This document shows, piece after piece, positions 1 through 7,179 of a stretch of DNA of 37,795 nt. The translations under genes were made by a program, and so were the position numbers. Source of the DNA: Thermodesulfovibrionales bacterium (GTDB lineage: Bacteria > Nitrospirota > Thermodesulfovibrionia > Thermodesulfovibrionales > UBA6898); the NCBI GenBank assembly GCA_044450345.1, contig JBIOIY010000030.1, positions 1 through 37,795 of the forward strand, written 5' to 3'. Numbering within the stretch: the stretch's first letter is position 1; every line of letters begins with the position of its first letter. The notes below the pieces were generated by a model, which searched no databases, was not told the origin of the DNA, and was given only the letters and a program-made list of their open reading frames with translations.

Positions 1-39
1 CACATCCAGCCCCAAATACTTTGTGATATACTGATCCAT
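1..39 (-). CDS. N-terminus of a probable IS110-family (DEDD) transposase/recombinase, truncated by the window edge
   Basis: Minus strand reads AAGGAGG-ACAGGTTT-ATG, then MDQYITKYLGLDV. The Y-x-G-L-D-V motif matches the first catalytic Asp region of IS110 recombinases. Only 13 codons are visible. Confidence 0.7.
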   Translation of the reverse strand, partial: MDQYITKYLGLDV

Positions 40-127
40 AAACCTGTCCTCCTTAATTGTGGCTCTGAGCCTTTGGTTTTTCCAACCTTAAAGCTTAACC
101 CACGCGCCTTAAGGTAGGACAGGTTTA
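39..127 (-). ncRNA. Structured RNA hairpin with internal loop, candidate IS110 bridge/seek RNA module
   Basis: TAAACCTGTCCT-CCTTAA (39-56) pairs with TTAAGG-T-AGGACAGGTTTA (109-127): 18 bp with one bulge. Inner stems GTGG/CCAC and TTGG/CCAA flank an internal loop. The stem includes the transposase RBS. Confidence 0.4.
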
Positions 128-237
128 ATACATTATGTCTAACAAACGGGTTTCAAGAAAATGCAACTGCGAGAAGTACCCCTTCCAGTCCTCACTTTTC
201 AAAAACTCGATAATAGTGTAAGTTATTATGAAAAACC

Positions 238-1434
238 ATGAATGAGCGAAATATACAGGACTATCTGTACGCAAATCCTGAAGTTCTTTTTACTTCCGGA
301 AACATAACCGAAAAAGCAAGGGAGTACAGCATTCATGGCAAGAGGATTGATCTTCTATTCGTTGTGGATGGTGTTCGCTACATTGTTGAAATCAAAAACA
401 TACCCATTCAGCGCGAACACATAGGGCAAGTTGTCGAGTACTACGGACTGATGCGGCAGTATATGAAAGATGCCAATCTTGCAATGATCTTGGTTTCTTC
501 CTCGATCCCCGCATGGAGAGCCGCCTACCTGGAAGAGCTGGGCATTCGTTGTGTAGAAATTCCTACCATCCCATCAACAGAAAACGAATTTAAACGCATA
601 TCTAAGGAAACTTTAACCTACAGTAGAAAGGTCAAACACAAGAGAGAAGTCAAAGCTGCCCTTGGGGATGGGGAAAGCGTCTCATTCGAGGATATCGCTT
701 GTCCTGCTAGTCCGAAAGGAGTGGCCTTTGCTCGTCGTACGCTTCTCGCCTCCCTAGAACCAATCAGAAAGTCGTTCGATGGATACGATATACTCCCATT
801 TGGCATCACCCGACCATACTCAAATGACTTCGATCTGGAGCACGGAACCAGGGAATTTACGCGTGGCGGTATTTGGTTGGCTTACCGCTTCGGCTTTTCT
901 GACGATATGCCAAAGAATGACGTACCTAATGTCTCCGTCATAGCGAATACCACAGGGCTCGATGTGACCCTGAACGCCGAGTTGCTACCCTCGCAGAAGG
1001 TTATGATTGATCGGATTCAGGCGTTAATGCCAAAATTTGACAGCCTGCTAGCTAATCACGGGGGACTGTGGCTTAAGACTTACTTAAAGTTTGAGCATCA
1101 ACCCCGCGTTTATCACTGGATACTCGCCGATAGGATGTCTCCCGGAAAATTTTATGGTGAGTCTATTCTTCAGATGAAACAAAAGCATGAAAAGGCTTTC
1201 AAGGAAGAGCGGGAACTGTGGCTTCAAAATATTATTTCAGGGAATAAGGAAATCACTAAAGCACAGATTAACCATCTAAAAAATCAGAACAAACGCCTCA
1301 ATCTGGCAATCAGACTTCTAGAGCCCTTCCAGAAAAATGCTTCCCTTTGGTCTCTTCAGCCGCAAAATCAAGTAAATGAAATAGTTGGTGCAGTACAGCG
1401 TATGAAACCCTTAATAGATTTTTTTGTAAGATAA
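238..1434 (+). CDS. NucS/DUF91-like PD-(D/E)XK endonuclease domain protein with unknown C-terminal region
   Basis: N-terminal ERNIQDYLYANPE...REY...RIDLL...IVEIK...IGQVVEY resembles the NucS C-terminal nuclease domain. Visibly more AT-rich than the cob genes. Confidence 0.65.
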   Translation: MNERNIQDYLYANPEVLFTSGNITEKAREYSIHGKRIDLLFVVDGVRYIVEIKNIPIQREHIGQVVEYYGLMRQYMKDANLAMILVSSSIPAWRAAYLEELGIRCVEIPTIPSTENEFKRISKETLTYSRKVKHKREVKAALGDGESVSFEDIACPASPKGVAFARRTLLASLEPIRKSFDGYDILPFGITRPYSNDFDLEHGTREFTRGGIWLAYRFGFSDDMPKNDVPNVSVIANTTGLDVTLNAELLPSQKVMIDRIQALMPKFDSLLANHGGLWLKTYLKFEHQPRVYHWILADRMSPGKFYGESILQMKQKHEKAFKEERELWLQNIISGNKEITKAQINHLKNQNKRLNLAIRLLEPFQKNASLWSLQPQNQVNEIVGAVQRMKPLIDFFVR

Positions 1435-1760
1435 GGCCAGAAACGTGAAACTGCCGAACCAGAGGATAAGCGCCGAATCTGCTCATTTCTTCCAGTATCC
1501 CGCACAGTTTTATTTATTTGAATCGCGTTTAGTTGGAGGTGAAAGTCGCATCGCCACGTGATTGCAAGAGGCGTTAATTAGAAGAGGAAGGATTGTTGTC
1601 TCTCAAGTCCACCATGCTCAATGCGTTTCACAAAGCTGCAACGGTGACGATTTGCGGGAAAAATCCGTGTTACGGCGGGCTCACCGGAAGGCCCGCTTTA
1701 TGCCGACCCGGTGCAGCGGTAGGTGTCTACGATTCCGCGCCCACCAGTTGTAGGTCAGGT

Positions 1761-2129
1761 TTATATCGCAATCTTTACTTGCATTTCGTCATAGGCACTT
1801 CGAGGAGCAGTTTTATTATCATATCGTTTTCGCTCGATCAATCCTATTTGCTCTAAGAAAATAATATCATCAGAGACATTTTTTATATCTCGATTCAGCA
1901 GTTTTGCAAGTTCATGAAGCGAAGAAGGTTTTTCCTCTCTAATGGTATGAAGCAATTGCATTCGTTTAGGAGTGATCGCTCTGCGAAAAGCCTCTAAAGA
2001 CGCAAAGTAAACACCTGTTTCTCTTTGGATTTTCTGGCCATTCTTGATAGACTCGGCAGTACTAACGAAATCTGCAAGAGCTTCATCGACACTTCGAATC
2101 TGTATCCTAATGATCTTCTTTGCTCTCAT
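1761..2129 (-). CDS. HVO_A0114-like HTH DNA-binding protein (putative antitoxin)
   Basis: F.SLEAFRRAITPKRMQLL..I....PSSLHELAKLLNRDIKNVSDD..FLEQIGLI winged-HTH pattern; 4-nt overlap with the upstream gene. Confidence 0.75.
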   Translation of the reverse strand: MRAKKIIRIQIRSVDEALADFVSTAESIKNGQKIQRETGVYFASLEAFRRAITPKRMQLLHTIREEKPSSLHELAKLLNRDIKNVSDDIIFLEQIGLIERKRYDNKTAPRSAYDEMQVKIAI

Positions 2130-2416
2130 AACACACCCCTTTTGTAACGTTCAATATCCTGCTTGAAATCCTCAGATAATTTTTCGAGACTTGTAAAGCG
2201 GTAAGGCTCAACAAAGTCTTTAACATGCCTGTGATCTCCCTTTCCTTCTGAGTTATCATAACCAATAATCCTCTTATTCCCAACAATATAAACCAAAGAA
2301 TATTTAAAACCGTGAGGCTTGTCTGGCGTAGGATTGGAGAGTTGCCACAGCTTGATTTCAACGATGTTTCCCATCTCATCAACAATCTTATTGTGCCTGA
2401 TTAGGTCCGCTTTCAT
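2126..2416 (-). CDS. DUF6516-family protein (putative toxin)
   Basis: PHGFKYSLVYIVGNKRIIGYDNSEGKGDHRH is typical of DUF6516. Start set at ATG 2416 because the upstream extension overlaps the promoter. Confidence 0.75.
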   Translation of the reverse strand: MKADLIRHNKIVDEMGNIVEIKLWQLSNPTPDKPHGFKYSLVYIVGNKRIIGYDNSEGKGDHRHVKDFVEPYRFTSLEKLSEDFKQDIERYKRGVL

Positions 2417-2425
2417 AAATAGCTT

Positions 2426-2460
2426 ATTGGTATTATATACCAATGCTAATATTATTGGAA
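2426..2460 (-). promoter_or_regulatory. Sigma70 promoter with an overlapping palindromic operator for the DUF6516/HTH pair
   Basis: Minus strand TTCCAA(2460-2455)-17 nt-TATAAT(2437-2432). Inverted repeat ATTGGTAT-tat-ATACCAAT at 2426-2444 covers the -10. Confidence 0.65.
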
Positions 2461-2530
2461 GAGCTACTTGTATAGCGAAAGTTCTTTCATCGTCCTCACC
2501 CGCCGAACCGTTGCCTTTCCACCTCTGCGC

Positions 2531-2559
2531 TTGACTCTCGCCGCATCAGGAAGTATGCT
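2531..2559 (+). promoter_or_regulatory. Sigma70 promoter
   Basis: TTGACT(2531-2536)-17 nt-TATGCT(2554-2559). Confidence 0.55.
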
Positions 2560-2586
2560 GTGGGGAAGATAGCCGGGGAGGAAGGA

Positions 2587-2769
2587 ATGACAAAAGGCGG
2601 CGGAAAAATTCTGTCGGGGGTCTTGTTCTTTATCGCGGTTCTCGTAATTATGAGGTGGCTCGTGTCCCTGGGTGGGGAAGAAGAGAGGAGCCTGATCATC
2701 GCGCTGGGGGAATCGTTCTTCCTGGTCTGGGCAGGGGTTTTCTTCCTCAAGGGCAGATACATCGAGTAA
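2587..2769 (+). CDS. Small membrane protein (60 aa, two hydrophobic segments)
   Basis: GGAGGAAGGA upstream of ATG 2587, own promoter, two hydrophobic stretches (ILSGVLFFIAVLVIM; LIIALGESFFLVWAGVFFL). Confidence 0.55.
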   Translation: MTKGGGKILSGVLFFIAVLVIMRWLVSLGGEEERSLIIALGESFFLVWAGVFFLKGRYIE

Positions 2770-2777
2770 CAACGGGT

Positions 2778-2981
2778 TCACTTAGGGACTATCCTGTATA
2801 TCTTGTCGTCTCCCGGTTTAGGCGTGCCCCTCCCGTCCCGGTTGTTGGTGAGGAAATAAAGTGCACCGTCCGGCCCTTCAACAACATCCCGGAGCCTGCC
2901 GTATTTCCCTTCGGAATAATCCGATGCGAACCATCTTTCGATTCGCGTTATCTCTTCGGGGAAAAAGTACTTTTTTGCATC
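2778..2981 (-). pseudogene. 3' remnant of a PQQ-dependent glucose/sorbosone dehydrogenase (GSDH) gene
   Basis: Start-less open frame ...ERWFASDYSEGKYGRLRDVVEGPDGALYFLTNNRDGRGTPKPGDDKIYRIVPK* matches the GSDH C-terminal signature GRLRDV...PDG.LY..T.NRDGRG.P...DD.I.RI. Confidence 0.75.
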
Positions 2982-3971
2982 TTATTTTGCGACATGGACT
3001 ATTGCTACTTTATTTTTGCCGCTGCACGCCAGATAGAGTTCTCCTTCCGGGGTCGCCACCATATTTCGGACCACACCGCCTCCGGAGGGAATCGGCCGGC
3101 TTGAAAATGATGCGGTTTTCGGATCGAATCTCACAATCGTATTGGGAGTGACGCCCGATTCGCTGTACCAGACAATACCATCAGCAGTTATCGCTATAGC
3201 ATAAGGTCTGGAACCCCGGCCGCCAGGTGAGGGCCATTCCTCTGCTTTGCCGTCTAACGGGCTGAGACGACCCAATTTCCCACTTGAGTAATCGGTGTAA
3301 TAAATAATGTCGTCGGCTGCTATTGCCAGACGTCTTGGCCGGGCGTCCTTGGGAAGGGGATATTCCTTGATACGCATAGTGTCCGGATCGATGCTCGCAA
3401 GTTTATTGGCGCCGAGCTCACAAAAAAACGGGATGCCTTTTGAATTGACCGCGATCCCATAGGGCCGGGCATCCGGTGTGGGTAACGGTTTGACATTAAT
3501 GTCTCCTGTCGTGGGATCCAACCGCCCTACCATGTTGCCCGTCTGCACGGTAAACCAAAGAATGCCTTTCCGGTCAAAGACGGGAGTGTGCGGGTCATGT
3601 GCTGCTTCCGGGAGTTTATATTCAGTGATCTTACCGGTTGTCGGATTGAGCTGGCCGATATAACCCTTGAAATTGGCAGTAAACCAGATATCCCCCTCTT
3701 TATCTGCCACGAGCCCGTGAGGGCCCGAGCCGGCGGTCTTCAACGGATATTCCTTTATTTCGTCTGTTTTTGGATTTAGCTCGCCGATGGTATTCGACCC
3801 CATGCCTGTATACCACAGCGAGCCGTCAGGTCCCAGAGCCGGATCATGAGGGAAGGAATTCGGCGTAGGGAGGGTCCATTCTTTAATAGTGATCGAAACC
3901 GGATCGGCGGCAAACAGTGCAACCGGTATCGCAATAAGAATAAGTATGTTCAAAAGAGATTTGTATCTCAT
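2982..3971 (-). CDS. Secreted Vgb (virginiamycin B lyase)-like beta-propeller protein
   Basis: Repeated P(H/Y)G(L/I)...DG.IW(F/Y)T....IG.LNP.TG.I.EY.LP blades. Signal-peptide-like N-terminus MRYKSLLNILILIAIPVALFAA after GGGGG at ATG 3971. Confidence 0.8.
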   Translation of the reverse strand: MRYKSLLNILILIAIPVALFAADPVSITIKEWTLPTPNSFPHDPALGPDGSLWYTGMGSNTIGELNPKTDEIKEYPLKTAGSGPHGLVADKEGDIWFTANFKGYIGQLNPTTGKITEYKLPEAAHDPHTPVFDRKGILWFTVQTGNMVGRLDPTTGDINVKPLPTPDARPYGIAVNSKGIPFFCELGANKLASIDPDTMRIKEYPLPKDARPRRLAIAADDIIYYTDYSSGKLGRLSPLDGKAEEWPSPGGRGSRPYAIAITADGIVWYSESGVTPNTIVRFDPKTASFSSRPIPSGGGVVRNMVATPEGELYLACSGKNKVAIVHVAK

Positions 3972-4013
3972 CTTATTACCCCCGAAGAAGTTATATCGTC
4001 CGGCTATAATTGA

Positions 4014-4042
4014 AGTATACAATGGCCGGAGAGGGCTGACAA
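4014..4042 (-). promoter_or_regulatory. Sigma70 promoter of the vgb-like gene
   Basis: Minus strand TTGTCA(4042-4037)-17 nt-TATACT(4019-4014). Confidence 0.55.
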
Positions 4043-4100
4043 GGCCGCTCAGTTCGCTCCGCGAGTCGGTGGACGTCAAGGCCGATCGCTTCGTCGTCGC

Positions 4101-4253
4101 TTGACTTCCATGGTGAGTCATGACTACCCTAAAGAAAAAGTGCCGCAAGTCATAACAGAGACCCCGGTGCGGTGATATATCCCTGCGGAGGAGATGAAGT
4201 TGAAGGTTAACCGGAAGCAATCCTTAAGGCCTTTTTGCCCTGGAGATTTTTTT
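4101..4253 (+). promoter_or_regulatory. Weak promoter plus a degenerate, internally deleted cobalamin-riboswitch leader upstream of bzaC
   Basis: TTGACT-18-TACCCT (4101-4130). 4140-4172 matches 8747-8779 at 25/33 nt. 4188-4253 resembles the expression platform/terminator at 8974-9037. Confidence 0.6.
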
Positions 4254-4297
4254 ATAAGAGTCGTTATCCCAGATATATTCTTTTCGGGCTGCCGGTC

Positions 4298-5851
4298 ATG
4301 AACCATGTCCCCTTTACCGGCCGGGACCCTCAGGATGCGGGACCTCAGTATCTCGAAGACCTCGCCACCGGCTACTGGTTCTCTCTTTCGCTCTTTACGG
4401 CGGTGGAGGCGGGTCTTTTCGGTCTCCTTGAGCCTGCGGGAAAAACTTTGGATGAGATCTCTTCCGCACTCGGCTTCACACGCGAAGGGACGGACAGATT
4501 CTTACATGTCCTCTGTTCCATGGGATTATTAGTCTGCGATGGTCCGCACTATTTCAATTCCAGAATTTCCAGTGATTATCTCATTGCCGGGAAAGATAAT
4601 TACCAGGGTGATGCGGTCCTCTGGAGAAAAGACCTGATTGCGCAATGGTCCGGCATCAAGGATTGTCTCGAGGTCGGCGGGAGGATTGTGAAGGGCTCCG
4701 GACAAGAAGACCCGGCGGTACTGTTTCAACGGAGGCGGAAATATATCCGCGCTATGGATTGCACGGCGAAGACAAAAGTGAGAGAGATGTTTCCGCTCTT
4801 TGAAGGCTGTTCCCTCGGGGGCGAGATGCTCGATGTCGGGGCCGGGTCCGGTGCAGTGGCCGCAGGGTTCCTCGATCGTTTCCCGTCGCTCAATGCCACC
4901 CTCCTCGACATCCCCGAGATACTCGAACATACGAGGGATTTTATTCGTGAGAGGGGACTTTGCAAGAGGACTGATTTCTGCGCGGCCAATGTCCTCGATC
5001 CGTGGCCCGTCGAAAAAGGGCGTTTCGACTTTATCATGCTTTCGAATATCATTCATGCCTATTCGGAAAAGGAACTCCTCCATATCCTGGCCGAAGCCGT
5101 ACGGTGTCTGAAGGAAGATGGGCTTCTCATGATTCACGATTTCTTTTTCGAACACTTCCCTGAAAAAGCGGCGCTCTTCGATCTGAACATGTTCATCAAC
5201 ACCTATAACGGAAGGGTTTTTTCGGAACGCGACGTGAGAGAAAAATTGGCCCTCATGAACCTCCATGTGACCGGCCTTCTGCCGCTCGGAACCGACACCG
5301 CCCTGATCATCGCATCGAAAAAAGCCGAGGCCCTTACGCAACTACATATTGATAAAAAGGCGCAACTGAGCGCAAAGATCAGGGCCCTCGGGTTCCGGGA
5401 CCTTTTTATCATCCCCGTCGATACGATCCATATCCCCGGCTGGACGGATATGCGATGCCGATTCGGATGCGGCCATTTCGGGAAACCGAATTGCCCTCCC
5501 CATGCGCCTTCTCCTGGGAAGACCCGGGACTTCATAAAAGATTATGCATTTGCGCTTCTCCTTGAAGGAGAGCCGCCCACTAAAGATTTCCAGGCGCGGA
5601 TACTTCAGGCCGAACGGGAGGCCTTTAATGCCGGATTTTATAAGGCCTTCTCATATTGGGCCGGTCCCTGTTCGCTTTGTCCTTCCTGCGCGGAGGACGG
5701 CATATGCCGTAACACTAAAGATGCCCGCCCTTCGATGGAAGGGGCTGGAATAGATGTCTTTGAGACCGCCAAACGCGCCGGCAGCACGCTCAGGACACTG
5801 GACAAAAAAGACGATTTTGTAAAATATTTCGGCCTGATTCTCCTGGAGTAG
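4298..5851 (+). CDS. bzaC: SAM-dependent O-methyltransferase with C-terminal DUF2284, BzaC-like (5-hydroxybenzimidazole ribotide methylase)
   Basis: Dimerisation helix region, MLDVGAGSG SAM motif, Cys-rich C-terminus (CRFGC...NCPP; GPCSLCPSC; RPSMEGAGIDV). Lies next to two B12 radical SAM genes and a ThiC paralogue in a cob cluster. Confidence 0.8.
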   Translation: MNHVPFTGRDPQDAGPQYLEDLATGYWFSLSLFTAVEAGLFGLLEPAGKTLDEISSALGFTREGTDRFLHVLCSMGLLVCDGPHYFNSRISSDYLIAGKDNYQGDAVLWRKDLIAQWSGIKDCLEVGGRIVKGSGQEDPAVLFQRRRKYIRAMDCTAKTKVREMFPLFEGCSLGGEMLDVGAGSGAVAAGFLDRFPSLNATLLDIPEILEHTRDFIRERGLCKRTDFCAANVLDPWPVEKGRFDFIMLSNIIHAYSEKELLHILAEAVRCLKEDGLLMIHDFFFEHFPEKAALFDLNMFINTYNGRVFSERDVREKLALMNLHVTGLLPLGTDTALIIASKKAEALTQLHIDKKAQLSAKIRALGFRDLFIIPVDTIHIPGWTDMRCRFGCGHFGKPNCPPHAPSPGKTRDFIKDYAFALLLEGEPPTKDFQARILQAEREAFNAGFYKAFSYWAGPCSLCPSCAEDGICRNTKDARPSMEGAGIDVFETAKRAGSTLRTLDKKDDFVKYFGLILLE

Positions 5852-5856
5852 GTGAT

Positions 5857-7179
5857 ATGCGCATCCTCATGGTACAGACACAATCGGTAGAAGGGGCCTC
5901 ATCGGAAAGGGTCTATCCCCTCGGTATCGTATTGCTCGGAGGACTGCTCAAGACGGAAGGACATGAGGTCTCGGTTCTGGACATGAATCTTTCCTCCGAT
6001 CCGTTCCTGGAGCTGAAAGAACGGCTCCTGGATTTTCATCCCGATGTTGTCGGCCTCTCGTTGCGGAACATCGACCCCCTGGGGAACAAAAGCACGTCTC
6101 TCGTGCCCCCTTTCGTCGCTACCGCCCGCCTCGTTTCCTCACTGGCGCCGGATGCGTCCATTATCGCAGGCGGAACAGGTTTTTCGCTCTTTCCTGAAAG
6201 GCTCATGAAGGAGGTCCCGGAGATCCGATACGGGTTCGTCGGCGAGGCCGAAGAGGCCCTCCCCATGCTGATCGCATCACTCCAAAATCCGCCGCGGCTG
6301 AAGGGCCTCTGTTACAGGAAGGATGGTAATATTAAGACGGTTCCCCCTTCGCGGGATTTTGATATGACCGCGTATAGTGTCCCCGACAGGAGACTCCTCG
6401 ACCCTTCATCCTATGCCGATATCAATGCGTACGTCCCGGCCATCGGGATCGAGGGCAAGCGCGGATGTCCTTTCACATGCTCCTATTGCGTATACCCGAA
6501 GCTCCAGGGAAGAAGACTGAGATGCAGACCGCCCGTTGCTATTGTGGACGAGATGGAAGCCCTCCACAAAGAATACGGTATCGGAGGTTTTCATTTCACG
6601 GACCCTGTGCTGAATATCCCTCAGGGCCATCTCGAAGAGGTATGCCTTGAGATACTGCGAAGGAAGCTGAAGGTGAGATGGGACGGATTTTTGAGGGAAA
6701 ATCTTCTGGATGAGAGAAACGTCGTCCTCTTCGAAAAGGCGGGCTGCGAATGCTTCTCCTTCTCCCCTGACGGCCTCTGCAGTCAGTCTCTTCAGGTGCT
6801 GGGGAAAAGGATGAAAGAATCCGATATCCTGAAGGCCGCCGCGCTTGCTGCAAGGACGGACGTGCTCAGCGTGTATCATTTCATGGTGAACGTCCCGGGC
6901 GAAAATGAAGAGACCTGCAAGAGGGGCATAAGTCTTCTCGAACGTCTCTATGAACTCCACGACAGGAAGAGGAACCTCGGCACGATCGTCCTGAACAATA
7001 TCCGCATCCTTCCCGGTACACCGATCGAAGAACGGGCGAGGGAGGAAGGAATCTTGAGGCCCGGGACTGACCTCCTTTATCCGACCTATTATAATCCGCC
7101 GCCCTTCGATACACTTCGGTACCGGCTCGAGACGCTCCATTTCTGCAAGAACGTTTTCTTATGGCAGGAGATACAATGA
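5857..7179 (+). CDS. bzaD: B12-binding radical SAM enzyme, BzaD-like
   Basis: N-terminal B12-binding region (YPLG...GHEV...DMN...PDVVGLSLRNID) and KRGCPFTCSYC CxxxCxxC motif; position after bzaC. Confidence 0.72.
   Translation: MRILMVQTQSVEGASSERVYPLGIVLLGGLLKTEGHEVSVLDMNLSSDPFLELKERLLDFHPDVVGLSLRNIDPLGNKSTSLVPPFVATARLVSSLAPDASIIAGGTGFSLFPERLMKEVPEIRYGFVGEAEEALPMLIASLQNPPRLKGLCYRKDGNIKTVPPSRDFDMTAYSVPDRRLLDPSSYADINAYVPAIGIEGKRGCPFTCSYCVYPKLQGRRLRCRPPVAIVDEMEALHKEYGIGGFHFTDPVLNIPQGHLEEVCLEILRRKLKVRWDGFLRENLLDERNVVLFEKAGCECFSFSPDGLCSQSLQVLGKRMKESDILKAAALAARTDVLSVYHFMVNVPGENEETCKRGISLLERLYELHDRKRNLGTIVLNNIRILPGTPIEERAREEGILRPGTDLLYPTYYNPPPFDTLRYRLETLHFCKNVFLWQEIQ

Larger units (their letters stand above)
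1..140 (-). mobile_element. Left (5') non-coding end of a probable IS110-family insertion sequence
   Basis: Transposase-like start at 39, long hairpin at 39-127, and a -10-like CATAAT (137-132, minus strand) just inside a putative boundary near CT at 139-140. The boundary is inferred. Confidence 0.55.

Noticed and set aside
1562..1856. Short plus-strand ORFs 1562-1753 and 1593-1856
   Set aside because: No recognisable homology, TTG starts, and one overlaps the HTH gene.
2981..2984. Programmed readthrough (Sec/Pyl) fusing vgb-like to the GSDH tail
   Set aside because: The stop is TAA, not TGA or TAG, and no recoding element is evident.
2982..3971. Streptogramin B resistance gene
   Set aside because: Only fold-level similarity is visible, and the signal peptide argues against the canonical role.
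3972..4297. ORF-track extensions of vgb-like (to 4220) and bzaC (from 4235)
   Set aside because: They run through promoters and leader sequence. Better-supported starts are 3971 and 4298.
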